From positions 576,001 through 640,000 of the forward strand of contig CAWELD010000003.1 in the NCBI GenBank assembly GCA_963809895.1: a stretch of 64,000 bases of DNA. The letters run 5' to 3'. The stretch comes from an uncultured Gemmatimonadales bacterium (GTDB lineage Bacteria > Gemmatimonadota > Gemmatimonadetes > Longimicrobiales > Gaopeijiaceae). The position numbers and the translations under genes are program-made. The notes under the pieces are model-generated. The model was not told the DNA's origin and ran no database searches. It saw only the letters and a list, made by a program, of their open reading frames with translations. This document shows positions 1-11,500 of the stretch, one piece after another. The first letter of the stretch is position 1. Each line of letters begins with the position of its first letter.

Positions 1-86
1 GACAGCTTGCCCGGCGACAGGATCTGTGACCGCGCAGGCAACGGGGCCATGGCGGCCAGTGCCACCAGGATCAGGGCGCGGCTCAA
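1..86 (-). CDS. Partial (runs off window): N-terminus of an exported protein, probably a multiheme cytochrome c
   Basis: TTG start at 86 overlaps the TGA (83-85) of the upstream TPR gene. Reads MSRALILVALAAMAPLPARSQILSPGKL: a signal peptide then QILSPGKL, resembling the SPGxLS start of some multiheme cytochromes. No CxxCH is visible in the window. Confidence 0.45.
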   Translation of the reverse strand, partial: MSRALILVALAAMAPLPARSQILSPGKL

Positions 87-679
87 GGCAGCCTCGCCCC
101 GAGTCGGTCCGAAGCGGCGTCGATCTGCTCGCGCAAGCCGTCGTCGTCGGTCGCCACCCTGGCCCGGGCCCACCACTCGCGGGCGCCGCGCGCGTCTCCT
201 CGATTCGCCAGCACCGCACCCAGGTCGTACATGGCCACCGCGTCGTCGGGGGCCCGGGCGAGCCGCTCCTCGAGGACGCTTCCGGCCCGATCCCATTCAC
301 CCAGCTCGCCGTGTGCCGCCGCCAGGTCGAAGTAGGCCTGGGGCTCGTCCGGGTCCAGCGCGACAGCCCGCACGTAGTGGGGGATGGCCTCGCGTGTGCG
401 GTGTCCATCGTGGAGGAGGCGGGCGAGCTCGAGATGAACGGCGCGGTTGTCGGGGGCGGATTCCAGGTGGTCCTCCAGCGCCCTCACCCGCTGGGTGAAC
501 GACGCGGCGAGATCTCCGGCCGCGACCGTTCGAACCCCGGCGGCCGTATGGGCTGCAGCCACGGCGTCCGAAGGGGATGCGGGCGACCCGGAACCGGGCA
601 GACGCCGTGCGACGAAGCCGAGCACGGTGAGAGCAACGGCGGTCAGAAGCATCAGCGGAGCCACCACGCGTGCGATCAT
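83..679 (-). CDS. Membrane-anchored tetratricopeptide-repeat protein
   Basis: C-terminal part of ORF 83..1261. ATG at 679 (MIARVVAPLMLL) sits 2 nt after the upstream stop. N-terminal TM helix, then TPR-like helices (AIPHYVRAVALDPDEPQAYFDLA; AVAMYDLGAVLA). Confidence 0.8.
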   Translation of the reverse strand: MIARVVAPLMLLTAVALTVLGFVARRLPGSGSPASPSDAVAAAHTAAGVRTVAAGDLAASFTQRVRALEDHLESAPDNRAVHLELARLLHDGHRTREAIPHYVRAVALDPDEPQAYFDLAAAHGELGEWDRAGSVLEERLARAPDDAVAMYDLGAVLANRGDARGAREWWARARVATDDDGLREQIDAASDRLGARLP

Positions 680-681
680 GG

Positions 682-1605
682 TCAGAAGATCCAGGTGTAG
701 CCGAAGAGAATGGACACCGTGACGTGCACGCCGAGGATCAGGAACATCACGATGGCCAGAGGCAGGTGGACGACGTGCCAGTAGCGGAAGAGTCGCTGGA
801 ACGGATGCAGGAGGAGAGTCTGCTGCCGGAGCCGCGCCCGTTCGCGCACCAGGTCGGCGAGACGCCGCTGGATCGGGGCCGGCAGCGACCAGGTCTCGAG
901 CTCGCGCCGCAGACGGCGCCGGCCGAGACGGCCCTTCAGGTCCTCGCGCATGGCCAGCCACAGGGCTCCGATCAGGCTGCGAGGATGGGCGATCCCGTCG
1001 CCGGCTCCCAGGAGGCGAGCCACCGCTTCCGGCGACACGTCGGTCGTGGCGCGGATCTCGGCGGCGAGCGCGCCGGTCCGAGCCTCCACGGCGTCCTGGC
1101 CCAGGAAGCGGCCGTTCACCGTCTTGGGAATGCGCACGTACACGTACCGTCCGAAGATCCCGCTGGCCACGACCACGGCCATGCTCCAGAACGCCACCGA
1201 GACCAATCCCCCGAACTTGAACGTGGTGTGCAGGAGCACGAAGAAGGGGCCCAGCGTGCACAGGAAGATGTGGACCTGCAGCCAGTAGCGGAGGCCGCCG
1301 AGCCGCTCGAGGAAGGCAGCGCGCTTGCGCATGGAGTAGCCGATCACGCCCACGACGATCATGGTGGTGCCAACGATGCCGAGGCCGTGTCCCACGAGCC
1401 CGGTGGGCGAGAACATGGGGGCGAGCTCCGAATAGGCGCGCTGGTCCAGAGGCAGGACGTAGTAGTCCAGTCCCCAGACGAGGGCGGAGCCGGCGGCCCC
1501 GAGCCAGACGACCAGGAGGATGAAGGCGAGCACCGGGTTCCTGTCAGGGGGAGGCGGGGTGACGGACGGACCGGCATGCAAGGAGCGGACCGCACGAGGA
1601 CGCAT
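682..1605 (-). CDS. Integral membrane protein, ferric-reductase/cytochrome b-like with paired His
   Basis: Several TM helices and two H-x13-H pairs (HIFLCTLGPFFVLLH; HLPLAIVMFLILGVH). Start uncertain. Confidence 0.7.
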   Translation of the reverse strand: MRPRAVRSLHAGPSVTPPPPDRNPVLAFILLVVWLGAAGSALVWGLDYYVLPLDQRAYSELAPMFSPTGLVGHGLGIVGTTMIVVGVIGYSMRKRAAFLERLGGLRYWLQVHIFLCTLGPFFVLLHTTFKFGGLVSVAFWSMAVVVASGIFGRYVYVRIPKTVNGRFLGQDAVEARTGALAAEIRATTDVSPEAVARLLGAGDGIAHPRSLIGALWLAMREDLKGRLGRRRLRRELETWSLPAPIQRRLADLVRERARLRQQTLLLHPFQRLFRYWHVVHLPLAIVMFLILGVHVTVSILFGYTWIF

Positions 1606-1752
1606 GAAAAAAAGACCCGACGCACCATGCGCCGGGCCGTAGAACGGAGCGTTGGCTCCGCCCTACCTGGCAGCTGGGCGATCCACGAGGTGGTGGACCC
1701 CTGGCTTTGCGTCCCGCCGTTGCCGACGGTTTGCCCTTAGCAGGTTGCTTCA

Positions 1753-1782
1753 AACTTATGCAAATGCCACAAAACGGGTCAA
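1753..1782 (-). promoter_or_regulatory. Candidate sigma70-type promoter for the leftward operon
   Basis: Minus strand TTGACC-N18-TAAGTT in an AT-rich patch of the divergent intergenic region. Confidence 0.35.
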
Positions 1783-1905
1783 CGAATTCGTGTGGGCCCC
1801 GGTGCGTGGGGCGATTCGCGCACGACGGCGGACCGCGGTAGCTTCGCAGCGCCGGACCGGAGCGACGGGTTCGGGGCACCTACGACCACCCTCTCGGAGG
1901 ACCAC

Positions 1906-3195
1906 ATGATCAGCAGGCGAGGCTTCATCGGTGCGTCCGCCACCGTGGCGGCCGGAGCAATGGCGGGATCGGGGAACGATCTCCTGGCCGCGGAGCCCCA
2001 GGAGCTACCACCGTCCATCGCGCGCTTGCGCTCGCAGCGGGATAAGGCCCACCCCATCACGGTCGCCGAGCGTGAAGCTCGCATCGAGCGTGCTCGCAGC
2101 CTCATGCGGGATGTCGGCCTCGATGCGCTCATGCTGACCGGTGGCACCTCCATGACCTACTTCACCAACGTGCAGTGGGGTCTCAGCGAGCGATTGTTCG
2201 CCGTGGTGGTCCCGGTGCGAGGTGAGGCCTTCGTGGTCACTCCGGCCTTCGAAGAGGGGCGCACGCGGGAGCAACTCGAGACCGGTCCACTGGGGTCGGC
2301 CGAGGTGTTGACGTGGCAAGAGGACGAGAGCCCCTACGAACGTGTGGCCCAGGGCCTGCGTGCTCGAAGCATCGCTTCCGGCCGGATCGGCATGGAGGAG
2401 ACCGTGCGCTTCGTCTTCGCCGATGGTGTCGCGCAGGCGGCCCCATCGCTGGAGGTGGTGAGCGGGACGCCGGTCACCGCCGGGTGCCGCGGACGGAAGG
2501 ACGAGCACGAGTTGGCGCTGATGCGGCTGGCTTCGGAGGTCACGCTGACGGCCTACAAGGCCGCGTACGAGGCGTTGGAAGAAGGGATGACCCAGGACGA
2601 CTTCGCGCGCCTGGTGAGCCTCGCCCACGAGCGGCAGGGCTTCTCGGGGGGAGCCGGCGTTCAGGTCGGGCAGTTCTCGGCGTTGCCCCACGGCTCCGTC
2701 ACGCCGCAGGTCGTGCGCCAGGGGACGATCCTGCTCATGGACGGGGGCTGTGGGGTCGAGGGATACCGCTCCGACCTGAGCCGGACCTTCGTCATGGGCG
2801 CGCCCACCGACAAGATGCGCACGGTGTTCGAGATCGAGCATCGGGCCCAGAAGGCCGCGTTGGACCAGGCCCGGCCCGGCGTCGAGGCGCAATCGGTGGA
2901 CGCGGCCGCCCGCAAGGTCATCGAGGACGCCGGCTACGGTCCGGGGTACAAGTACTTCACGCATCGAGTGGGGCACGGGATCGGTATGGACGGCCACGAA
3001 TGGCCGTATCTCGTGAAGGGGAACACCATGCTTCTGCAGCCCGGAATGACATTCAGCGACGAGCCCGGGATCTACATTCCCGGAGAGTTCGGGGTCCGGC
3101 TCGAGGACGACATGGTCATCACCGATTCGGGAGCCCAGTTGCTGACGCCCCAGAGCCCATCTCTGGAGGATCCGTTCGGGAACTGGCCTTCGTAG
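1906..3195 (+). CDS. Xaa-Pro peptidase (M24B family) with Tat signal
   Basis: GGAGG RBS at 1896-1900, ATG 1906, twin-arginine SRRGFI. M24 metal motifs DGGC, SDLSRT, HRVGHGIG, EPGIY, GVRLED. Confidence 0.9.
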   Translation: MISRRGFIGASATVAAGAMAGSGNDLLAAEPQELPPSIARLRSQRDKAHPITVAEREARIERARSLMRDVGLDALMLTGGTSMTYFTNVQWGLSERLFAVVVPVRGEAFVVTPAFEEGRTREQLETGPLGSAEVLTWQEDESPYERVAQGLRARSIASGRIGMEETVRFVFADGVAQAAPSLEVVSGTPVTAGCRGRKDEHELALMRLASEVTLTAYKAAYEALEEGMTQDDFARLVSLAHERQGFSGGAGVQVGQFSALPHGSVTPQVVRQGTILLMDGGCGVEGYRSDLSRTFVMGAPTDKMRTVFEIEHRAQKAALDQARPGVEAQSVDAAARKVIEDAGYGPGYKYFTHRVGHGIGMDGHEWPYLVKGNTMLLQPGMTFSDEPGIYIPGEFGVRLEDDMVITDSGAQLLTPQSPSLEDPFGNWPS

Positions 3196-3352
3196 GGCCC
3201 CCCGACCGGACCCCGGACCCGGGCCGCCGCGAACACGTCATGCTTGACGATCCTGCTCGCGCTCGGGAGGTTCAAGCACGCGCAATGACCCTGCGGGGGG
3301 CCCGGTGATGGACGGGTCGCCCGGGAGGCCTCGCCTTTCTCGCCCGGAGCCC

Positions 3353-4516
3353 ATGTCCTCCTCGACCCCTCCACACCCGATCGCAGTCGGCGCGTCGAGA
3401 TCAGCGCTGGGTCTCGTCATGGCCGCCGTCGGCGTGCTCCTGACCGGGTCCCTGTCGGCGCAGGAGTTGCCGCTGCGCCGCGAGATCCCGAGGCAGGGGA
3501 AGGCCGTCTGCGAAGGGCGCCCCCCGACCCGCACGCCCACCGACGAGGAGCGGGCCCAGGCCGAACAGCTCGGGTCCAGCGCATCGCAGGCCGTGATCCT
3601 GGGGGATAACGAGCGGGCGCGGGACCTGCTCGCCCGGGCGGTACAGCTCAACCCGACCTCCACGGCGCTGACCTACCAGTACGCGCGCATCCTGGAAGAC
3701 CTGGGTGAGTCCGATGCGGCCCAGCGTCAATACTGTCTGGTGCTCGCCCTGGCTTCGGATTCCCCCGAAGCGACCGATGCTCAGGGCCGCCTCGACGCCC
3801 TGACCGCTCGTGCGGGGGCCATGCTGCCCACCACCGCCGTCGCGCGCTTCCGGGACGGCGTGGCCGCGGCCGAAGCGGGTCGTCTGGACGAGGCGGCCGC
3901 GGCGTTCGCCGGCGCCGCGTCTCTCGCGCCGGAGTGGCCCGACGCGGCATACAACCAGGGCGCCGCCCTGGCCCGGCTCGGCCGTCGGCGAGAAGCCATC
4001 GCGGCGCTGCGGCGATATCTCCAGTTGCAGCCCGACGCGCCCGACGGGATTCTCGTGTCCGAGCGCATCGGGCAGCTTCAGACCGGGTTGAGCACGCCGA
4101 GTCCGGGGGCGGCATTTACGTTGGGCCTGCTGATCCCGGGCATGGGGCAGTTCTATTCGGGACGCCCCGTTCCCGGACTCGCGGTGCTCTCCCTGGCCGG
4201 TGGGGCCGCGGCCTTTGCGCTGTTGAGCAAGGAGACCCACGTGAAGTGCCGGCAGGATCCGGGCCCCGGAGCGGATTGCCCGCCGGAGGACGTTCTCGGG
4301 GAGACGTCTGACAGGCCGTATCTCGCAGCGGGGCTCGGCGCGGCCGGGGCGATCACGGTTCTGGGAGCCATCGAGGCCCTGGTCAAGGCACGAGGGCGGC
4401 GCGGCTCTGAAGGGCCTATGATGTCCATGGACATCGGGAGTGCGACCATCACGGGTCCGACGGTGGCGGCCCAGGGCATACACCTGGATCTGCGCCTGGT
4501 CGGGATTCGATTCTGA
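3353..4516 (+). CDS. Exported TPR-repeat protein with C-terminal hydrophobic (PGMGQFY) region
   Basis: ORF 3305..4516. Signal-like segment ending LSAQ, TPR motifs (APEWPDAAYNQGAALARLG), LLIPGMGQFYSG. Start may be 3305-3419. Confidence 0.75.
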   Translation: MSSSTPPHPIAVGASRSALGLVMAAVGVLLTGSLSAQELPLRREIPRQGKAVCEGRPPTRTPTDEERAQAEQLGSSASQAVILGDNERARDLLARAVQLNPTSTALTYQYARILEDLGESDAAQRQYCLVLALASDSPEATDAQGRLDALTARAGAMLPTTAVARFRDGVAAAEAGRLDEAAAAFAGAASLAPEWPDAAYNQGAALARLGRRREAIAALRRYLQLQPDAPDGILVSERIGQLQTGLSTPSPGAAFTLGLLIPGMGQFYSGRPVPGLAVLSLAGGAAAFALLSKETHVKCRQDPGPGADCPPEDVLGETSDRPYLAAGLGAAGAITVLGAIEALVKARGRRGSEGPMMSMDIGSATITGPTVAAQGIHLDLRLVGIRF

Positions 4517-4524
4517 GGCATGGC

Positions 4525-5544
4525 ATGAACGGCCGCCGCCTGACTTCCTGGCTCGCCGGCATCCTGCTCGTGTCGGGGTGCGAATCGGTCTCCGTGGAGG
4601 TCGTCCCGGTGGCCCGCGTCGACGTGCAGCCTGGCAGCGCCCAACTCATCGAGGGGGAATCCGTGACGCTTACCGCCGTGGCCCGGTCCGCGGAGGGGAG
4701 CGTCCTCTCCGGGCGAGGTGTGAGTTGGACCAGCGACGCCCCGCTGGTGGCCTCGGTGGACGGGGGCGGGTCCGTTCAGGGGCTCGCGCCGGGTGAGACG
4801 TCCGTCCACGCCCGGGTCGAGGGCATCGACGGCAGCGCGCAGGTCACGGTGCTGGCGGCCCCGACCCTCGAGGTGTCTCGGTCCCTGATCTCTGTGACCG
4901 CGGACGAGGGCGGGAGCGCACCTCAGGAGACGGTGACCGTCTCGAACGGCGGGAGCGGGGACCTCACCGGGCTCACGGCCTCCGTGGCGTACGGCGCCGG
5001 TGCCGCCGTGGGATGGCTGACGGCCGGCCTGTCCAGCACCAGCGCCCCAGCCACCCTCACTCTGGCCGCGTCGGCCGCCGGGCTTTCGGCCGGTGACTAC
5101 GAGGCGACCGTCACGGTGCGCTCTCCACAGCGTGGCGGCCTCGAGGCGACCGTGGGCGTCTCGTTCACGGTAACCACGCCTCCGCCGAGTGTGGTGGTCG
5201 ACCCCGATGCCGTGGGATTGAACGTGTTGGTGGGCACCGTGGGTGACGTCACGCAGACGGTGTCGGTGACGAACGGCGGCGGTGGGGTGCTCGACGGACT
5301 CACCACCGCCATCGAGTACGTCAGCGGCCCCTCTCAGGGATGGCTCACCGCCACCCTCGCCGCGACGGAGGCACCCACGACGCTGGAGCTGCGGGCCTCT
5401 CCGCTCCTCCTGACCGCGGGCACCTACCGGGCGCGGGTCACCGTGAGCTCGCCTGAGGCGCCGGACGCGTCAGGCACGGTCGAGGTCGAGCTCACCGTGG
5501 CCCTCCCCGGCGTGCGTGTGCCGACCGGCGAGGGAGATCGATGA
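4525..5544 (+). CDS. Lipoprotein with Ig-like (Big_2) and BACON-like domains
   Basis: Lipobox LVSGC, Big_2 pattern (VSWTSDAPLVASVDGGGSVQGLAPG), two 'GWLTA...YxAxV' BACON-like units. Confidence 0.8.
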   Translation: MNGRRLTSWLAGILLVSGCESVSVEVVPVARVDVQPGSAQLIEGESVTLTAVARSAEGSVLSGRGVSWTSDAPLVASVDGGGSVQGLAPGETSVHARVEGIDGSAQVTVLAAPTLEVSRSLISVTADEGGSAPQETVTVSNGGSGDLTGLTASVAYGAGAAVGWLTAGLSSTSAPATLTLAASAAGLSAGDYEATVTVRSPQRGGLEATVGVSFTVTTPPPSVVVDPDAVGLNVLVGTVGDVTQTVSVTNGGGGVLDGLTTAIEYVSGPSQGWLTATLAATEAPTTLELRASPLLLTAGTYRARVTVSSPEAPDASGTVEVELTVALPGVRVPTGEGDR

Positions 5545-8500
5545 GGGCGCGGTTCGGGATCCGGCCGCTGGCCGCGGTGGGGCTCGCGCTGGCGTTGGGC
5601 GCCACGCTCCTCGTCCAGGCGTGCTCGACCAAGGACGTGGTGGCCGTGGTCATCAGCTCCGTGACGGTGAGCCCGGCGAGCGCCACGTTGATCGTGGGTG
5701 AGACCCAGGACTTCTCGGTCACGGTGCGGGACGAGGACGGCACGGTCGTGCCGGGGACCACCGTGAGCTGGAGCGCCAGCCCCAGCGGCGTTCTATCCAT
5801 CACGCCGGAGGGCCGCGCCGAGGCGCTTCAGCCGGGAGCCGCCACTGTGCGCGCGTCGGTAAACGGCGTGTCGGGGACCGCGGCGGTCACGGTTCAGCCG
5901 CGCCCCAGCATTGCGGTCTCGCCTTCGTCCGTGAGCCTGTTCGCCGCCCGTGGCGGCGCCTCTCCCGATCCGTTGGACGTGCAGATCAGCAACGGCGGAT
6001 CCGGCTCCCTGACGGGTCTGGCGGCGAGCATCAGTTACGCCGCGGGCGAGTCCACCGGTTGGCTTTCCCTGGACCTCTCGGCCACCACGGCCCCGACGAT
6101 CCTGACCATCACGGTGAGCAGCGCGTCGCTGGCGGCGGGAGACTACCACGCTACCGTCTCCATCACATCGGCGGCGGCCAGCAACTCCCCGGTGGAGCTT
6201 CCGGTCGAGCTGTCGGTGACCGAAGACAGCCCGATCATCCGACTGACGCCGGCCAGCGTCGGCTTCGCCGCGGAGAGCGGAGGCGACCCGCCTCCGGACC
6301 AGGTGGTCAAGGTGGCCAACGACGGTGGTGGCACCGTCAGCGGCCTCGCCACCACCATCAGCTACGTGCAGGGTGCGGGTGGATGGTTGGATGCCCAGCT
6401 GTCCAGCACATCGGCGCCGGCCGACCTGGTGCTGTCCGCAGACCCCTCGGGGCTCGCCGAAGGGAGCTACCGAGCCAGCGTCCAGGTCTCCTCGCCGGGG
6501 GCTCTCAACAGCCCGCGTACCGTGACCGTCAGCTTCTCCGTGTCGTCGGAACCCGAAGCCGACCTCTCCGTCACCAAGATCGGCCCGACCTCGGCCGTGG
6601 TCAGCGATACGGTGGACTTCGTGTTGACGGTGAGCAACGGCGGACCCAGGGACGCCACCACCACCCTTCTCATCGACTCCATCCCCGAGGGATTCGACAT
6701 CGTGTCGGCCTCGGGCGGCGGCGTGATCTCCGGACGGGTGGCCATGTGGTCGTTGGGTACGGTAGCCGCCGGCACTTCCGTGGTGGACACGCTCCGGGCC
6801 GTGGCGAAGGCGGTGGGTGCCTGGGTCAATGTGGGATCGGTGGCGTCGGCGACACTGGATCCGGTGACCTCCAACAACCGCAACACGGCCACGGTACAGG
6901 TGCTGCTCCAGACCGCAGGCGTGTCCATCGTCAAGACCGGGCCGTCCGTGGCCAACTTCGGCGACACCATCGAGTACGTGCTGTCCACGGCGAACGCAGG
7001 ACCGGGTCCGGCGGCCAACGTGGTGGTCACCGATTCCCTGCCGGCGGCGGTGGCTGTCGTCTACACGTCGTCGGGTGGCGTGGCGGCTTCGGCTCGCGTG
7101 GTGTGGTCCATGGACACGCTTCAGGCCGGAGCCACGCGGTCTGACACCCTCCGGGTCGAGATCACCGGCACGGGCTCCCTCGAGAACGTGGCCAGGGTGG
7201 CCACCACCAGCCCCGACGTGCTGACGTTGGACAACCGTTCCACGGTGGTGACGTCGGTGGGACGATTGGCGGACCTGGCCATGGCGAAGACCGGGCCCGA
7301 CACCGTGGCCGTGGGTGACACCGTCCGCTACCAGCTGGCCGTGAGCAACACCGGACCCGACTCCGCCACCGGTGTGCAGACGGTGGATTCGCTGCCCGTG
7401 GGGCTCTCTTTCGTGTCGGCGAGCGCCGGCGGTGTCGCCAGCGGTGGCGTCGTGACCTGGTCCGGCCTGGCCGTGGCCCCCGGGGACACCCGGACAGACA
7501 CCGTCGTGGCGGTGGCGACGGCGACGGGCGCGATGATGGATGTGGCGAGGGTCGGTGCGTCCACACCGGATCCCGATAGCACCGACCTGCGCAGCACGTG
7601 GAGCACCGTCGTGAGAGGCGCCGACCTGTCCCTGGCCAAGACGGGGCCGGCTTCGGTGGCCGTGGGCGACACCTTGACCTACGTCCTCACCGTGACAAAC
7701 AGCGGCCCCGATACGGCCGCCGCCGTGGCTCTCACGGACAGCTTGCCCACGGGCGTGACCTTCGTGTCCGCCAGCGGTGGCGGCACCCTCACCGGGACCG
7801 CCGTGACCTGGAGCCTGGGCTCGCTGGCCGGGGCCACCGCCAGTGTGGACACGGTGAAGGTGGTGGCCACGGCGACGGGCGCGAAGACCAACATCGCGCG
7901 CGTGACCAGCACCACGGCGGATCCGGACAGCACCGACCTGCGGGCCGTGGCGGCGACCAACCTCACTGGCGCGGACCTCTCGCTGACCAAGGTGGCTCCG
8001 GCGACGGCGGCCGTGGGCGACACCCTCCTCTACGAGCTGACGGTGACCAACGCGGGGCCCGACGCCGCAGCGGGCGTCGCACTGGTGGACAGTCTGCCCG
8101 GCGGTGTGACGTTCGTGTCCGCCACGGGCGGCGGGACGCCGTCCGGGACGGCGGTGACGTGGGCGCTGGGAGCGATGGCCAGCGGCAGCAGCGTGGTGGA
8201 CACGTTGCGGGTCCTGACCACGGCGGCGGGGTCCACCATGAACGTCGCCAGGGTGTCGAGCTCCACGGCGGACCCCGACTCTCTGGACCGGCGAGCCACC
8301 GCGACCACGGCGGTGGAGGGTGCGGATCTCTCGGTAGCCAAGACCGCGCCCGCCTCGGTGGCGGTGGGCGACACCGTGACCTACGTGGTGACCATTGCCA
8401 ACGCGGGGCCGGACGCCGCCGCCGGGGTGGCCCTCACCGATAGTCTGCCCGCGGGTGTGACCTTCGTGTCGGCCACCAACGGCGGCACACTGGTCGGGAC

Positions 8501-11500
8501 GGCGGTGGGTTGGTCCAAGGGTGCCTTGGCATCCGGAGCGTCCACCGTCGACACGGTCAAGGCGGTCGCCACCATCACGGGAGCCATCGCCAACGTGGCC
8601 CGCGCCTCCAGCGGCACCGCCGATCCGGACACGACGGATCTGCGCGCGACGGCCGCCACCAACGTGGCGGGCGCCGACCTGTCGGTGACCAAGACGGGCC
8701 CGGCCACGGTGGCGGTGGGGGACACCCTCGTGTACGTGATCTCGGTGGCCAACGCGGGACCGTCGGCTGCGGCTACCGTGACGCTCACCGACAGCCTGCC
8801 GGCCGGCGTCACCTACGCGTCGGCGACAGGTGGCGGCACCCTCTCCGGCACGGCCGTGACCTGGGCCAAGGGCAGCCTGGCCAGCGGTTCGGGGACGGTG
8901 GACACGGTGAAGGTCGTGGCGACCACCACGGGGGCGAAGACCAACGTCGCGCGGGTGTCGAGCGCCACCGCCGACCCCGACACCACCGATCTGAGGGCCA
9001 CCGCGTCCACGAATCTCACGGGCGCCGACCTCTCGGTGGCCAAGACCGCGCCGGCCACGGCCTCGGTACTGGACACGCTCTTGTACGTCATCACCACGAC
9101 GAACTCCGGCCCCGACCTGGCGGCTGCGGTCATGCTCGTAGATAGTCTCCCCGCGGGCGTCACCTACGTGTCGGCCACGGGTGGCGGCACGCTTTCGGGC
9201 ACCGCCGTGTCGTGGACGAAGGGCGCCATGCCCAGTGGCACCACCGTCACCGACACGGTGCGGGTGGTGGCGACCACGGCGGGCGTGAAGGCCAACGTGG
9301 CCCGAGTGGCGAGCGTGACCGCCGACCCCGACACGCTGGACCGCCGCGCCACGGCCAGCACCAGCGTCACGGGCGCGGACCTGTCGGTGACGAAATCCGC
9401 CAGCGCGTCGGCGGCGGTCGGCGACACCGTGGTCTACGTGCTGAGCGTGAGCAACGCGGGTCCCGACGCGGCGGTGGGAGTGGTCCTCCGGGACAGCCTG
9501 CCCGCCGGGCTCACGGTAGCCTCGGTCACCAACAGCGGCAGCGTCAGTGGGTCGGTGGTGACCTGGTCCAAGGGACTCCTGGCCAGTGGGGCCAGCACCC
9601 TGGACAGCGTGCGTGCCGTCGCGACCTCGACCGGCACCAAGGTCAATGTGGCCCGCGTATCGAGCTCCACGGCCGATCCCGACTCGACGGACCGGCGCAG
9701 CACGGCGTCGACCACCGTCAGCGGAGCCGATCTGTCCGTGATCAAGATCGCGCCCGGTGCGGTGGGCGTGGGCGACACCATCGCCTATGTCCTGGAGACC
9801 ACGAACGGCGGCCCGGACGCAGCCTCCAGCGTCGTGCTCAGCGACAGTCTGCCGGCGGGCATGACCTTCGTGTCGGCGACGGGGGGCGGGAGCCAGGTGG
9901 GCTCCGCCGTGGTGTGGTCTGTCGGATCGGTGGCCAGCGGCGTGACCCGTACCGACACGCTGAAGGTGGTGGCCGGGGCCACTGGAAACGCCACCAACGT
10001 GGCCCGGGTGTCCAGCCCGACCGCCGACCCGGACTCCACGGATCGCCGTGCCACGGCGGCCACGGCGGTCACGGGCGCAGACCTGTCTCTCACCAAGAGC
10101 GCCTCCGCGTCGGTTCCGCTGGGTGACACCATCCGCTACGTGCTGACCCTGGCCAACAGCGGCCCCGACGCCGCGACCAGCGTCGTGTTGACCGACAGCC
10201 TGCCGGTCGGCGTGACCTTCGTGTCGGCGACCAACGGCGGCACGCTGAGCGGGACGGCGGTGACCTGGAACAAGGGCACGGTAGGCACCGGCGCGGGCAC
10301 GCTGGATACCGTGAGGGTGCTGGCCACGACGACCGGGTCCAAGACCAACATCGCTCGCGTGAGCAGCGCCACGGCCGACCCCGACGCCGCGGATCGCCGC
10401 GCTACCGCGACGACGACGGTCACCGCCGCCGACCTGTCCGTTACCAAGGCGGCCCCCGCCGCCGTCGGCATCGGCGACACGATCCGCTACGTGCTGACCA
10501 TCAGCAACAGCGGACCGAGTGCGGCGAGCGCGGTGGTGCTGACGGACAGCCTGCCGGCAGGCGTGACCTTCGTGTCGGCGACCAACGGCGGCACGCTGAG
10601 TGGGACGGCGGTGACCTGGAACAAGGGCGCGCTGGCCAGCGGGGCCGGCACGCTGGACACGGTGAAGGTGATCGCGAGTAGCGCCGGGACCCCGTCCAAC
10701 GTGGCCCGGGTGAGCAGCCCGACGGCCGATCCGGACACGCTGGACCGCCGGGCCACCGCGTCCACGACGGTGTCCGCCGCCGATCTGTCGGTGACGAAGA
10801 GCGCGACGGCGGCGGTGGGTGTGGGCGACACCATCTACTACGTGCTGACGGTGGCCAACGGAGGGCCAGACGCCGCGACCGGCGTGGTGCTGACGGACAG
10901 CCTGCCGGCGGGCGTGACCTTCGTGTCGGCGACCAACGGCGGCACGCTGAGTGGGACGGCGGTGACCTGGAACAAGGGCGCGCTGGCCAGCGGGGCCGGC
11001 ACGCTGGACACGGTGAAGGTGATCGCGTCCGCCGGGGGGACCCCGTCCAACGTGGCCCGGGTGAGCAGCCCGACGGCCGATCCGGACACGCTGGACCGCC
11101 GGGCCACCGCGTCCACGACGGTGTCCGCCGCCGACCTGTCGGTGACGAAGAGCGCGACGGCGGCCGTGGGTGTGGGCGACACGATCTACTACGTGCTGAC
11201 GGTGGCCAACGGAGGGCCAGACGCCGCGACCGGCGTGGTGCTGACGGACAGCCTGCCGGCGGGCGTGACCTTCGCGTCGGCGACCAACGGCGGCACGCTG
11301 AGCGGTACGGCGGTGACCTGGAACAAGGGCGCGCTGGCCAGCGGGGCCGGCACGCTGGATACGGTGAAGGTGATCGCGTGCAGCCGCGGGGACCCCGTCC
11401 AACGTGGCCCGGGTGAGCAGCCCGACGGCCGATCCGGACACGCTGGACCGCCGGGCCACCGCGTCCACGACGGTGTCCGCCGCCGACCTGTCGGTGACGA

